From the NCBI GenBank assembly GCA_965277715.1, contig OZ255836.1, positions 2,112,001 through 2,176,000 of the forward strand: 64,000 nucleotides of DNA, written 5' to 3'. The position numbers were made by a program, and so were the translations under genes. Every line of letters starts with the position of its first letter. Position 1 is the stretch's first letter. Under the pieces are notes generated by a model. It did no database searches. It saw only the letters and a list, made by a program, of their open reading frames with translations, and was not told the origin of the DNA. Positions 1 to 10,730 of the stretch are shown one piece after another. This stretch comes from Gammaproteobacteria bacterium (lineage in GTDB: Bacteria; Pseudomonadota; Gammaproteobacteria; JBCCGL01).

Positions 1-443
1 AGGCAAACCCACGCCAACAACATTACCTGCCAATGGGGGCAGACCGCGCCTGTTACACCCCGTTTGCTATCCCCTCAACAATTGCGTGAACAACGCCAGT
101 CCGCCATTGCCAATGGGTGTAAAATCGATGATTTACTTTGGAAAAAAGTACAACAACACGCGCACAACACCTACGTACCCGTCAGTGAAACATCACGGCT
201 GCGGGGCGCTGGCGCTGGCTTAACGGATAACGACTAAATCGCGTATTTAAATGCTTCAATAACAGAGAATTCAAAAAACGCATTGATAGACCATGCATTA
301 CACACTACTATGCCGCCCAGTCGTGCTATATGACCAATGTACACTACGCATAAAAGTACCCACTGTTTCACACTACTTACTTTATAACCCTTTAATTTAA
401 CATCTGAATTTAAACACCTAAATTTAAAAACCTGGGAGATAAC

Positions 444-1085
444 ATGCTTATAATTGATTTTCTATCCCGCTGGGGACACGTGCTATTCGGCGTTACCTGG
501 ATCGGCCTGCTCTACTATTTCAATTTCATCCAGGGCGAATATTTCAAAGAAGCCGAGGCCGGTGCCAAAGCAGACGCCACTAAAAAACTCGCACCACGCG
601 CACTCTGGTGGTTTCGTTGGGGTGCAATGGGCACCTTCCTGACCGGTGTTTACCTGTTTGCCACACTCGGTGGTGGAATCAATCAATACATCGCACTGAG
701 TGCATTGATGGGCACACTGATGTTTCTCAATGTGTGGCTGATTATCTGGCCAAACCAGAAAATCGTCTGCGGCATCGTCGAAGGGGATGCTGCCAGCGCT
801 GGCCCTAAAGCACTGCTTGCATCGCGCACTAACACCTTATTCTCAGCGCCTATGCTGTTTGGTATGTTGGGCTCCAAGCACGGTACACTCACCGCAGGTG
901 CCAATGGTGGCTTTGATGCAATCAACTTGGGCGATATGGGGTTTTTAATCGGCCTGCTGCTGATTGTCGCACTTGAAGTCAATGCCATCGTCGGCAAAAT
1001 GGGTCCCATTGCCACCGTAAAAGGGGTTATCCATTGTAGCCTGGGGCTCACTGTTATCATGTTTGGCATCGTCCACTACGTGTAA
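444..1085 (+). CDS. Urate hydroxylase PuuD-like membrane protein (urate oxidase N-terminal domain)
   Basis: RWGHVLFGVTWIGLLYYFNF, ALWWFRWGA, NVWLIIWPNQK and SRTNTLFSAPML motifs; GGAG Shine-Dalgarno. Confidence 0.75.
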   Translation: MLIIDFLSRWGHVLFGVTWIGLLYYFNFIQGEYFKEAEAGAKADATKKLAPRALWWFRWGAMGTFLTGVYLFATLGGGINQYIALSALMGTLMFLNVWLIIWPNQKIVCGIVEGDAASAGPKALLASRTNTLFSAPMLFGMLGSKHGTLTAGANGGFDAINLGDMGFLIGLLLIVALEVNAIVGKMGPIATVKGVIHCSLGLTVIMFGIVHYV

Positions 1086-1106
1086 GCAATCCGCTCTTTG
1101 CAAAAC

Positions 1107-1136
1107 AAAAAACCCGGTTCTTTACCGGGTTTTTTT
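1107..1136 (+). terminator. Rho-independent terminator
   Basis: AAAAAACCCGGT-tcttt-ACCGGGTTTTTTT hairpin with U-tract after the stop at 1085. Confidence 0.85.
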
Positions 1137-1160
1137 ATTTCAGATACGGTGACTGAATCC

Positions 1161-1769
1161 ATGCCTGACAAAACCTTTGTATTCGACCTCGCTGGCGTCC
1201 TGATAAACTGGGACCCCTCCCCGCTATACCAACGCCTGTTCGACAATCAACAGGCAAAGCTCGACTATTTTTTTACCTCAGTACTAAACGACCAGGCGCA
1301 GGCGCGCATCAGCGCTGGCACCCCCATGCAGCAAGTGCTCGACGCGCTGGCAACACAACACCCGGATTACACCGATGCCATCCACGCCTGGCGAACCCAC
1401 TGGCGGGAAATGGTCATCGGGCCAATTGGTGGCACAGTCGCCGCACTGGGCGAAATACGCGAACGCGGTTACAAAACCTATGCACTGGGAAATTGGGCAC
1501 GCGAGGAGTTCGATTGGGTGGTCGACGAATTCGACTTCCTGCAACAATTTGATGGTGTCCTGCTGTCAGGTGACTGTGGCCTATTGAAACCCGACGAAGG
1601 TATTTACCAACGCGCCGAACAACAATTTGCTTTACAGCCAGCGCATACTATATTTATCGATGATCGGGAAGACAATGTGCTGACCGCTATTCAACGGGGC
1701 TGGAATGGCATCGTCTTTGAGAACCCAAGACAGCTTTATTTAACACTGATGGAATACCAGTTGTTATAG
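1161..1769 (+). CDS. HAD family phosphatase
   Basis: FVFDLAGVL motif I, KPD and FIDDREDNV; ATG at 1161 lies after the terminator. Confidence 0.85.
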   Translation: MPDKTFVFDLAGVLINWDPSPLYQRLFDNQQAKLDYFFTSVLNDQAQARISAGTPMQQVLDALATQHPDYTDAIHAWRTHWREMVIGPIGGTVAALGEIRERGYKTYALGNWAREEFDWVVDEFDFLQQFDGVLLSGDCGLLKPDEGIYQRAEQQFALQPAHTIFIDDREDNVLTAIQRGWNGIVFENPRQLYLTLMEYQLL

Positions 1770-2106
1770 AGGGAGCAAGGGCTATTGCTCTCGATGCTAC
1801 GGTGCTTTCCGACACCATCTACAAATAGCAACCGGGTAGCAAATACTGCTAATTTTCGACTCAATTACAAATAATTAGCCTAAATTATAAAAAATTAAAC
1901 AAATTTCAATCATTATTTAAATAATTGCCTATAATACCTAAAGCTATTGACTATTCTCGGCATGTATACCTTGAGCAATAGCGCAAACTATTAGTTGCAT
2001 TTTATCAGGATTTTTCAGTAGTGTTATTTTAGTACTTTCTGTTCATCTCTTATCGCAAATCTGCAATTTAATAGCGACTTATTTTTTACTACCAGAGGTT
2101 ATTTTC

Positions 2107-2307
2107 ATGGCAACAGGAACGGTTAAGTGGTTTAACGAAGCTAAAGGATTTGGTTTCATTAGTCCCGCCGATGGCGGCGCGGACGTATTTGTGCATTTTT
2201 CTGCAATTGCAGGTGATGGTTTTAAAACGCTGACCGAAGGCCAGCAGGTTAGTTTTGATGTAACTGATGGAAACAAAGGCCCCCAGGCGTCTAACGTTGC
2301 CATCTAA
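2107..2307 (+). CDS. Cold-shock protein (CspA family)
   Basis: [15 protein letters not shown] (RNP1) and VFVHFSAI (RNP2). Confidence 0.97.
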   Translation: MATGTVKWFNEAKGFGFISPADGGADVFVHFSAIAGDGFKTLTEGQQVSFDVTDGNKGPQASNVAI

Positions 2308-2336
2308 ACTTCAGGCCTGTAGGCCTGTCACTATTT

Positions 2337-2678
2337 TCAACCCCTCGTAATGTGAGTTTCAACCCCTGTACGAGGGGGTTTTTTACGTGACGTATATTCA
2401 TCACGGCACACCATCTCATCACATATCGTCGCATCAACGAGCTGCTGTTTTTGCCATCTTGTCATTTTTTTAATCGCCACTTCCCGCTGGCAGGCCGCCG
2501 AACGTGTTGGCACACACTCACTGTAAACCAGACTAAGTGGTCGCCGTGTGCGGGTATATTTTGCCGCCAACCGATCATCGTGATTGTGCTCATGCAGACG
2601 GCGTTGCAGATCAACGGTAATCCCTGTGTATAAACTGCCATCGGCACAATGCAATACATAGGTATACCAATCACTCAT
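2337..2678 (-). CDS. GIY-YIG nuclease family protein (YhbQ/UPF0213-like)
   Basis: WYTYVLHCADGSLYTGIT...RRLHEHN...AKYTR motif. Confidence 0.9.
   Translation of the reverse strand: MSDWYTYVLHCADGSLYTGITVDLQRRLHEHNHDDRLAAKYTRTRRPLSLVYSECVPTRSAACQREVAIKKMTRWQKQQLVDATICDEMVCRDEYTSRKKPPRTGVETHITRG
2339..2385 (+). terminator. Probable terminator of the csp gene
   Basis: AACCCCT...AGGGGGTTTTTT hairpin with U-tract; the 5' arm occurs twice. Confidence 0.55.
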
Positions 2679-2769
2679 AAAAAAATCTCTTCATGCTTAC
2701 GCTTTGGCCATGCCTTTATCGTTTACACTTAACAACCAGTCCCCAACCACGCCTATTCCCGGACACGCT

Positions 2770-4260
2770 GTGCACAAATCAAAAACACTCGAACAATTAG
2801 ATTTTGACAACAGCTATGCGCGCCTCCCGGCGCTCTTCCACTCGGCACACGACCCCACACCGTTGAATGAACACCGGCTGGTTCACTTCAACCGGTCGGC
2901 GGCGGCACTCATCGATCTCGACCCTGACGAGGCATTGCGCCATGACTTTGTTGATATTATCAGTGGAACACAACCACTGCCCGGTTTCCAACCCATCGCC
3001 TGTTGCTATGCGGGTCACCAGTTTGGCCACTTCGTGCCACGCCTGGGTGATGGCCGTGCCATTTTACTGGGTGAGGTGTGTAACGAGCAAAGTGAGCGCT
3101 GGGATCTACAGCTCAAAGGGGCGGGGCTAACCCGCTACTCACGCGAGGGGGATGGCCGCGCCGTACTGCGCTCCTCAATACGCGAATACCTGTGCAGTGA
3201 GGCGATGCACGGGCTTGGTATCGGCACTACCCGCGCCCTGTGTTTAACTACCAGCAATGAAGCCGTATACCGGGAACGCATCGAGCCAGGCGCCATGGTG
3301 CTGCGTATGGCACCCAGCCATATCCGTTTTGGCAGCTTTGAATATTGCTACTACTCGCAACGCTTCGACGCACTAAAAACCCTCGCTGATTACACCTTAC
3401 AAACACATTTCAAACACCTGCTGGCGCATCAAAACCCTTACCTTTCGCTTCTCATTGAAGCCATCGACTCAACGGCAAAATTGATCGCGCAGTGGCAGTC
3501 TGTCGGGTTTATGCACGGCGTGATGAATACCGACAACATGTCGATTCATGGACTCACCATCGATTATGGCCCGTTTGGATTTATGCAGGCATTTAACCCC
3601 GGCCACATTTGTAACCACTCAGACCACAGTGGCCGCTACGCTTTCAACCGGCAGCCGGAGATCGGCCTGTTCAACCTTAGCTGCCTGGCCCAGGCACTGG
3701 TGCCACTGTTCGATCCGGTAGCAGAGAAATCCGCCGAACTGGCAACCACTGAGCTACACAAATACCAGGCCCTGTATGAACAATATTACGACGGTTTAAT
3801 GCGAGAAAAACTCGGCCTGTACACCTCACAGGAAGAGGACAAAGCGCTCCAGCTATCCCTGTTAGACACCATGCAGGCAAACCAGGTAGACTTTACCCGT
3901 CTCTTTCGCGCACTTTCAGACCCTGACCATAACCGGCGCAACAACAAGGCGCGCGCACTCTTTGCCAACCCGGCAGCTTGCGATGCATGGATGGTGCAAT
4001 ACGACGCAAGATTGACACGCGAAAGTACCCGCACAACAACCCGCAGCCAGCGCATGCAAAAGGCCAACCCAAAATACATACTGCATAACCACATAGCCGA
4101 AACCGCTATCCGCAAGGCAGAAGATGCGCAGGATTACAGCGAAATCGAACAGTTGATGACCTTACTCGCCACACCCTTTGACGAGCACCCGGCGATGTCA
4201 CACTATGCCGACACCACCCCGGCGTGGGCATCACAGTTAACGGTGAGCTGTTCTTCATAA
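2770..4260 (+). CDS. selO: Protein adenylyltransferase SelO (YdiU)
   Basis: YAGHQFG, LGDGRA, QLKGAG, DGRAVLRSSIREYLCSEAM, HGVMNTDN, IDYGP and C-terminal CSS; start could be 2710. Confidence 0.95.
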   Translation: MHKSKTLEQLDFDNSYARLPALFHSAHDPTPLNEHRLVHFNRSAAALIDLDPDEALRHDFVDIISGTQPLPGFQPIACCYAGHQFGHFVPRLGDGRAILLGEVCNEQSERWDLQLKGAGLTRYSREGDGRAVLRSSIREYLCSEAMHGLGIGTTRALCLTTSNEAVYRERIEPGAMVLRMAPSHIRFGSFEYCYYSQRFDALKTLADYTLQTHFKHLLAHQNPYLSLLIEAIDSTAKLIAQWQSVGFMHGVMNTDNMSIHGLTIDYGPFGFMQAFNPGHICNHSDHSGRYAFNRQPEIGLFNLSCLAQALVPLFDPVAEKSAELATTELHKYQALYEQYYDGLMREKLGLYTSQEEDKALQLSLLDTMQANQVDFTRLFRALSDPDHNRRNNKARALFANPAACDAWMVQYDARLTRESTRTTTRSQRMQKANPKYILHNHIAETAIRKAEDAQDYSEIEQLMTLLATPFDEHPAMSHYADTTPAWASQLTVSCSS

Positions 4261-4297
4261 AAACGATATTAATCCATTGAGCCATAGCGATAAGACC

Positions 4298-4912
4298 ATG
4301 AGTGACGAAAAAACCCTTTATTACATACACGACCCGATGTGTAGCTGGTGTTGGGGATTCAGCAAAACCTGGGGCACAGTGGTCGAGGAACTTGAGGGAA
4401 CTGTCGACATTCGCTATGTACTCGGTGGGCTGGCACCCGACTCACACCAGGCAATGCCCGCCGCCATGCAACACATGCTACAGGATACCTGGCATACCAT
4501 TCAGGCGCGGATTCCCGGCACCGAATTCAACTTCGACTTCTGGACACAGTGCCAACCGCGACGCTCGACTTACCCAGCCTGCCGCGCCGTGCTCGCGGCC
4601 AAAGCGCAGTCGCCCAGCCGGGAGCGGGAAATGATCACCTCGATCCAACACGCTTACTACCTGCATGCACGCAATCCATCGAATGACGATGTATTGATCG
4701 ATCTGGCAGGTGATTTAGGGCTGGATAGTGAACAGTTCAGTACCGACCTGAACAGCGATGAGACCCACAAGACACTGCACAACGAAATTGTTTTTGGCCA
4801 ACAGCTTGGCGCGCAAGGGTTTCCAAGCATGGTGCTGGTATCGCACAACAACCGTAAATTACTGCACCTGGACTATAATTCACCAGAGAATATCCTGCAG
4901 CAAATCGCGTGA
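4298..4912 (+). CDS. DsbA family protein (thioredoxin fold)
   Basis: HDPMCSWCWGF CxxC motif and GFP cis-proline motif. Confidence 0.9.
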   Translation: MSDEKTLYYIHDPMCSWCWGFSKTWGTVVEELEGTVDIRYVLGGLAPDSHQAMPAAMQHMLQDTWHTIQARIPGTEFNFDFWTQCQPRRSTYPACRAVLAAKAQSPSREREMITSIQHAYYLHARNPSNDDVLIDLAGDLGLDSEQFSTDLNSDETHKTLHNEIVFGQQLGAQGFPSMVLVSHNNRKLLHLDYNSPENILQQIA

Positions 4913-5009
4913 TTGCAAACGCGCTCACTGCACACGCTAAAAGCAATAGCGCAAGCGTTTTTAGTGTAAATTTGCACCTCTTTAACAACAACAAAAACCA
5001 CCGAAACCC

Positions 5010-6131
5010 ATGATCGCCAAAATCTGGCTACGCGCCGAAACCAAACCCAACGAGCAACGCTCAGCACTCACCCCCCAATCGGCAAAAGCATTACTGGCAG
5101 CGGGCCACCAGGTGTTCGTCGAACGCTCAACCCAGTCAGCCATTCCCGCCCAGGCATTTGCCGATGCAGGCTGTACTATGACCGCCCCCGGTAGCTGGCC
5201 ACAAGCCCCGGATGACGCCTATATCCTCGGCCTCAAAGAGCTGCCTGAAACGGGCGAGGCACTTAAACACAAACACATCTACTTCGCCCACGCCTACAAA
5301 CAACAACACGGGTGGCAAGCGACCCTGAACCGCTTTGTACGTGGCGGCGGCGAACTGTTCGACCTCGAATTCCTGCTCGATGAAAACGCCCGCCGGGTCG
5401 CGGCATTTGGCTACTGGGCGGGCTTTGCCGGTGCCGCCGTGGCGGTGAAGGCCTGGTGTGGGCAACAAACGGATGCACAACCCGTTATCGCTGGCCTGTC
5501 TTCCTATACCAGCCAGGACGCTTTGTTAGCCGCACTGCGGAGCGACTTGGCCCAGGCCAGTAATCAGGCCAGTAATCAGGCCAGCAACCAGGCCAACTCC
5601 ACAGGGGAAAACACACCCTCAATGCTAGTGATCGGCGCAGCGGGCCGGGTGGGCACAGGCGCTTGCACACTGGCAGAGCAGCTTGGCCTGCCAGTTACCC
5701 GCTGGGATATTGCCGAAACCGCACGCGGTGGCCCCTTTGAAGAGATTCTGGCGCACACACTTTTTGTCAACTGTGTGTTAGTCAACCGCCCTCTACCACC
5801 GTTTATCACCTCTGAGTTATTGGCCCGACCAAACCGCCAGCTCAGCGTTATTTCAGATGTGAGTTGTGATCCCTACGGTGACTACAACCCACTGCCGGTT
5901 TACACGGAATGCACTACATTTGAACAACCGACTCAGCGCTTGATCGATGCGCCAACCCCATTGGATCTGATTGCGATCGATCATCTGCCATCGATGTTGC
6001 CAGTGGAGTCGAGCGAGGATTTCAGCCAGCAACTGTTGCCCCATTTATTGCAGCTTGACCCGGTGGATAACCCGGTATGGCGCGGTGCGCGGGCTATCTT
6101 TCGCGAAAAAATTGCGCTGTTATCATATTAA
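5010..6131 (+). CDS. Saccharopine dehydrogenase, L-lysine-forming (Lys1-type; lysine-ketoglutarate reductase)
   Basis: WLRAETKPNEQRSALTP, GLKELP, FAHAYK, AAFGYWAGFAG, DVSCD and IDHLPSMLPVESS match the Lys1 family. Confidence 0.9.
   Translation: MIAKIWLRAETKPNEQRSALTPQSAKALLAAGHQVFVERSTQSAIPAQAFADAGCTMTAPGSWPQAPDDAYILGLKELPETGEALKHKHIYFAHAYKQQHGWQATLNRFVRGGGELFDLEFLLDENARRVAAFGYWAGFAGAAVAVKAWCGQQTDAQPVIAGLSSYTSQDALLAALRSDLAQASNQASNQASNQANSTGENTPSMLVIGAAGRVGTGACTLAEQLGLPVTRWDIAETARGGPFEEILAHTLFVNCVLVNRPLPPFITSELLARPNRQLSVISDVSCDPYGDYNPLPVYTECTTFEQPTQRLIDAPTPLDLIAIDHLPSMLPVESSEDFSQQLLPHLLQLDPVDNPVWRGARAIFREKIALLSY
5553..5597 (+). repeat. 12-bp in-frame tandem repeat (CAGGCCAGTAAT, about 3.7 copies) encoding QASN
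   Basis: Directly visible in the sequence. Confidence 0.9.
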
Positions 6132-6157
6132 AAAACACAAAACCAAAGGGGAAACTA

Positions 6158-7342
6158 ATGTCAACTATTCACTGGCTGGGCACCGGCCTGTCAACTGTAC
6201 CGGGCATCCGCAGGCTGGCCAGCAGCGGTAAGTCGCTGACACTGTGGAACCGCACGCCCGATAAAGCCCATGCAGCGCTCACCGGGCTGGACAGCACAGC
6301 ACAGGTACGCAAATTCGACATTGAAGCACTCACCGCGAGCGTACAGCCCGGTGATATTCTGGTCTCCATGCTGCCCGGCACCTGGCATGTAAAAATCGCC
6401 CGGCTGGCGCTGGATAAAGGCGCGCACTTTGTCTCCAGCTCTTATATATCCGATGAAATGCAGGCTCTCAACGACGCAGCGCATAACAAAGGCCTGGCGC
6501 TGGTTAATGAAGTGGGGTTAGATCCCGGTATCGACCACCTGATGGCACACTCGCTGATCGACCACTACCGCCAGGCAGCTGAATACAATGCCAGCCACCG
6601 CCTGCGCTTTCGCTCTTACTGCGGCGGGTTTCCAAAAATCCCTAACGATTTTCGCTATAAATTCAGTTGGTCACCGCTGGGTGTACTAAAAGCCCTGAAG
6701 TCTCCGGCGCGCAGCATCCGTGAAGGGGAAGTGACCGATACGGTGCGACCCTGGGATGCGCTCAGCGATTACACCGCCAGGCTGCCCACTGGCGCAGAGA
6801 CCTTTCAGGCTTACCCCAATCGCGATTCGCTACCGTTTATGTCAGCCTACCACTTCAACCCGCAATGGCCGGTCGATGAGTTTGTGCGCGGCACTTTGCG
6901 GCTCAACGGTTGGTCTGACGCCTGGGCATCGATTTTCGCTGAAATCGACACGCTACAAGGTGCAGAAGGTGATGCGCGCCTCCAGGCGATGAGCGATGAG
7001 TTGTGGCACACCCAGGGCTACGACCCCGGCGAGCCAGACCGTGTTGTACTGTGCGTGGAGCTTGAAGCGCGCCCGGCTGCCAATGATCAGGCCATTTGGC
7101 ACCAAAGCTATGTGATCGACGCCTGTGGTAACGATAAAGGCAACGCGATGGCGCGGCTGGTATCGCTGCCTGTTAGCCTGGCGGTTGAGGCGGTAGCGGC
7201 GGGCCGTATCGGTGCGGGTGTCTCTGCGGCGCCCAGCGATCCGCAGTTAGTGGCCGAATGGTTCGCTACATTGCGGTCTCTGGGTGAGGCGATTCACCGT
7301 ATTGACCACCTGACCTCCTATCCCATATCGTGCGGGTATTAA
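6158..7342 (+). CDS. Saccharopine dehydrogenase, L-glutamate-forming (Lys9-type)
   Basis: NEVGLDPGIDHLMA, SYCGG, YKFSWSP, YPNRDS and RGTLR motifs. Confidence 0.9.
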   Translation: MSTIHWLGTGLSTVPGIRRLASSGKSLTLWNRTPDKAHAALTGLDSTAQVRKFDIEALTASVQPGDILVSMLPGTWHVKIARLALDKGAHFVSSSYISDEMQALNDAAHNKGLALVNEVGLDPGIDHLMAHSLIDHYRQAAEYNASHRLRFRSYCGGFPKIPNDFRYKFSWSPLGVLKALKSPARSIREGEVTDTVRPWDALSDYTARLPTGAETFQAYPNRDSLPFMSAYHFNPQWPVDEFVRGTLRLNGWSDAWASIFAEIDTLQGAEGDARLQAMSDELWHTQGYDPGEPDRVVLCVELEARPAANDQAIWHQSYVIDACGNDKGNAMARLVSLPVSLAVEAVAAGRIGAGVSAAPSDPQLVAEWFATLRSLGEAIHRIDHLTSYPISCGY

Positions 7343-8094
7343 TTACAAACGACGACGGTATCGACGCTGACGGTATCGCCCTGCTGGAACAGACAGCGCG
7401 CAGACTGTCAGACGATATATGGGTCGTCGCCCCCGCCACTAACCAGAGTTCGCGCAGCCGGGCGATTACGCAAACCCAGAAAGTCGCGTGCGACCAACGT
7501 GGCGAACAGCGCTTTGCGGTGCACGGCACACCGGGGGACTGCATCATTATTGCGCTCAACGGGCTGATTCCCGGCAGGCAGCCAGATATTGTGCTCAGCG
7601 GTGTCAACCGAGGCTCTAACCTCGGTGAAGACCTGGCACTCTCCGGCACCATCGGCGCCTGCCTGCAGGCTTGGGAACAGGGAGTGCCGGGGATTGCCCT
7701 GAGCCAGGTATTGGCCAACTTCACGGATAAACACACCAACTGGCGCAGCAGCACAGCTCATCTTGAAACATTTTTGCAGCACATGCTGCCACTGTTGATC
7801 GATAACCCCACAGTGCTCAATGTAAATTTTCCACCACTGGATGACCCACAGGCACTAGCGGGCAGTAAGGTTGCAGAAATCGGGCGGCGACTACTGCCAC
7901 TGATGGTCAAGTCTGAAATAGATGCCAGCGGCCAGCAATGGTTTGACTACCGTTCACTGCGCAATAAAACCAAACGCAGCAAAGACAGCGACATCGACCT
8001 GGCTTATCGCGGCTTTATTACCCTGACCCCGCTCACGCTGGAAATGGCCGATTACACACGTTTTGCCACACTGACACAAACACTCAACCTTTAA
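7330..8094 (+). CDS. surE: 5'/3'-nucleotidase SurE
   Basis: LITNDDGI, VVAP, GTPGDC and SGVNRGSNLG. Confidence 0.9.
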   Translation: MRVLITNDDGIDADGIALLEQTARRLSDDIWVVAPATNQSSRSRAITQTQKVACDQRGEQRFAVHGTPGDCIIIALNGLIPGRQPDIVLSGVNRGSNLGEDLALSGTIGACLQAWEQGVPGIALSQVLANFTDKHTNWRSSTAHLETFLQHMLPLLIDNPTVLNVNFPPLDDPQALAGSKVAEIGRRLLPLMVKSEIDASGQQWFDYRSLRNKTKRSKDSDIDLAYRGFITLTPLTLEMADYTRFATLTQTLNL

Positions 8095-8114
8095 CACTAA
8101 CCGGGAGAAAAACC

Positions 8115-8399
8115 ATGGCAGCTTACTGGATGGTGAGAAGCGGCGAAATAAAAGACCAGGCAGCGCTGGAAGAATATGGCAGGCGCTGGAGCGCGATTGC
8201 CGAACGCTTCCAGGCGCGGGTGATCGCCCGTGGTGAGCACCAAACCCCGGAAGGTCGCGATTCGCCACGGGTGCTTATCGTCGAATTCCCCAGCTATTCA
8301 CAGGCTATTGCCTGCTACGAGGATGCCGAATACCAACAGGCGATAGTTTTTGCCAACCGGGCCTTTGACCGCGAGTTGACTATTATCAATGGCGTGTAA
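8115..8399 (+). CDS. DUF1330 family protein
   Basis: About 95 aa with EG...RVLIVEFPS...A...Y...EYQ.A pattern. Confidence 0.85.
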   Translation: MAAYWMVRSGEIKDQAALEEYGRRWSAIAERFQARVIARGEHQTPEGRDSPRVLIVEFPSYSQAIACYEDAEYQQAIVFANRAFDRELTIINGV

Positions 8400-8432
8400 C
8401 GGCCACAGCCAAGGTTATTCCGGGAGCTCCCC

Positions 8433-9359
8433 ATGACGGCGAAAACCACCTCCACACAAACCCTGGCAAAATTTGCCGGTGTGTTTTCCGGGCTGGTATT
8501 TGGCATTTACTGGATTCCTCTGCGCACCCTGGAAGCAGCGGGTTTTTCCGGCTTGTGGGCAACATTTGTTTTTAATGCCACCCCGCTGCTGTTAATTACC
8601 CCACTGCTTGTCTACCGCTGGCGGGCTTTTGCACAGGGCAGTGCCCGTTTTCACCTCTGCGGTATGCTAATAGGTATTGGCTATGTACTTTATGCCAGTG
8701 CCTTTTTATACACTGAGGTAGTGCGGACGATTCTGCTCTTTTACCTTATGCCAATCTGGGGATTCCTATTGGCCCGTGTCCTTATTGGCCAGCTAATTAC
8801 CCCGGTACGCTGGTTATCGATGGCGCTGGGGTTGGGGGGCATGCTGGTTATCTTTGGCATCGATAATGGCATACCCCTGCCCCGCAATCCGGGTGACTGG
8901 ATGGCGTTGAGTGCGGGTATCATTTGGGCAATCGCATCGTTGATGCTACTCACTGATAAGCAAAACAACACCGCCGACTACTGCGGTTTGTTCTTTTTTT
9001 GGAGCACCGTATTTGCCGGTGTGCTGGCCCTGGTCGCGACTCATCAGCAACAATTGGATGCAGCCAACTGGTTGGCCTTGAGCGATGTCATGCACTGGGT
9101 GATTCCACTGGCCCTAATCGTGCTGATCCCCGCAGCTGTCGCCACCGTATTTAGCCCTTCGCACCTCAATCCTGGCGTCGCGGGCCTGTTATTTATGACC
9201 GAAATCAGCGTGGGCGCTGGCAGCGCTGCGCTGTTTGCCGGCGAGCCTTTTGGCTTGCGTGAAATTGCCGGTGTCATTCTGATTACCCTGGCGGGCCTGG
9301 CCGAGCCGGCCTACGAATTGATTAACCGGCGCTTTACACCAGTGGTAGCCAATGAATAA
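8433..9359 (+). CDS. DMT/EamA family transporter
   Basis: About ten hydrophobic segments in two EamA-like halves. Confidence 0.85.
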   Translation: MTAKTTSTQTLAKFAGVFSGLVFGIYWIPLRTLEAAGFSGLWATFVFNATPLLLITPLLVYRWRAFAQGSARFHLCGMLIGIGYVLYASAFLYTEVVRTILLFYLMPIWGFLLARVLIGQLITPVRWLSMALGLGGMLVIFGIDNGIPLPRNPGDWMALSAGIIWAIASLMLLTDKQNNTADYCGLFFFWSTVFAGVLALVATHQQQLDAANWLALSDVMHWVIPLALIVLIPAAVATVFSPSHLNPGVAGLLFMTEISVGAGSAALFAGEPFGLREIAGVILITLAGLAEPAYELINRRFTPVVANE

Positions 9360-10104
9360 TACCCCGCCCGCCTTTTTGGTCGAAAACAGTGACAACGACT
9401 CGCCATTACTGTTTGTCTGTGACCACGCCGGTAATGCACTGCCGCCAGCCTATGATCAATTGGGCTTGGATAAACAGATTTTATCCCAGCACATCGCCTG
9501 GGATATAGGCGCGCTGGGTATAGCGAGAAAACTCAGCTCGCGCTTCCAGAGTACATTGGTCAGCGGTGTTTACTCGCGCTTATTGGTCGACCTCAACCGC
9601 TTTCCAGGTGATCCCGGCTGGATTCCCGAAAGTAGCGATGGCATTGCTATCCCCGCCAATCAAAACCTGCCTGAAAGCCAACGCAAGGCACGCGCCGATC
9701 GCTATTTTTGGCCGTATCAGCAGGCGATCAGTCGTGAAGTAGAAAAGATCAACGCACGCACCCAAACGCCTATTATCATCTCTATACACAGCTTCACCCC
9801 TGCGCTGACCGATGGTAAACAACGCCCGTGGCATATAGGTATTTTATGGAGTGACGATGATCGCCTGGCGGCACCTATGATGACCGCGTTGCGCGATAAC
9901 CCTGCGGTGTGTGTAGGGGATAATCAGCCTTATCATGCCAATAATCCCAAAGGGTACACCGTAAAAACTCACGCGGAGGATGTAGATTACCTGAACCTAT
10001 TGGTTGAAATCCGCCAGGATTTAATTGGCGATGAGATAGGTGTCGATAAATGGTCAGAGATTTTTGGAGATGCGTTGGAGAGGGTGTTGGGCTGCTATCA
10101 ATAA
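9352..10104 (+). CDS. N-formylglutamate amidohydrolase family protein
   Basis: CDHAGN, HIAWDIG, SRLLVDLNR, IHSFTP, RPWHIG and EIRQDLI. Confidence 0.9.
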   Translation: MNNTPPAFLVENSDNDSPLLFVCDHAGNALPPAYDQLGLDKQILSQHIAWDIGALGIARKLSSRFQSTLVSGVYSRLLVDLNRFPGDPGWIPESSDGIAIPANQNLPESQRKARADRYFWPYQQAISREVEKINARTQTPIIISIHSFTPALTDGKQRPWHIGILWSDDDRLAAPMMTALRDNPAVCVGDNQPYHANNPKGYTVKTHAEDVDYLNLLVEIRQDLIGDEIGVDKWSEIFGDALERVLGCYQ

Positions 10105-10389
10105 GGTGTGAAGATGTCCAGAAGATCTTCAAGCGCAGGCTCTCATGCTACACCATCAAGTAGCCCAGCAAGAAGTCCTAGAGCCAGTGGTGCACCGCCT
10201 CTCTCGCCAAGCACACATAAACGCTGACTTTAAAAGAGGTGGCAAGTATTGACCACAAGACCGATCTGTAGTCGCTTAAGTGTCTCTGCCATGCTTTTAT
10301 AAATAATTCTATATTTTGTTTTATAAAAAACAGGGCAGGTATATTTAACGACACTCACAATATGCTAAGCACCACTAAAGCCAACATAA

Positions 10390-10730
10390 CGATCAGCATG
10401 TTGGGCATACTTTTCATTCAATACCTGCTGGCGAACTCCACTGAACGATATGGACTACCCGGTAAATACCTGACAAGGTGTAAAGCCTTCCAGCGCACAG
10501 TGACAGTGCTGATAGTTATACCAACCAACCTACTCAGTACACCATCCATTGACATAGCTATAACAATCAAAGCGACGAGGGTAGTCAGGTCGATACTCAA
10601 ATGTCCAAAATTGACTCTCACTGTGGGGCTTTGCATTACCCACGCGAAGCCTGCTGGGGCTAACGGTGACTGCCGACTCGCCCAGTAAGTCAAGATAGCA
10701 ATGTGCTGTCATCGGTGCGCCTCAATCTTT
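10390..10730 (-). pseudogene. IS3-family transposase remnant (integrase-core C-terminal part)
   Basis: Minus strand reads SRLRVGNAKPHSESQFWTFEYRPDYPRRF...*VGWYNYQHCH...TP, a degenerate SRPRVSNDNPYSES.FKTLKYRP motif with internal stops. Confidence 0.75.

Noticed and set aside
4240-4260. Selenocysteine at the SelO C-terminus
   Set aside because: The ORF ends Cys-Ser-Ser-TAA with no in-frame TGA
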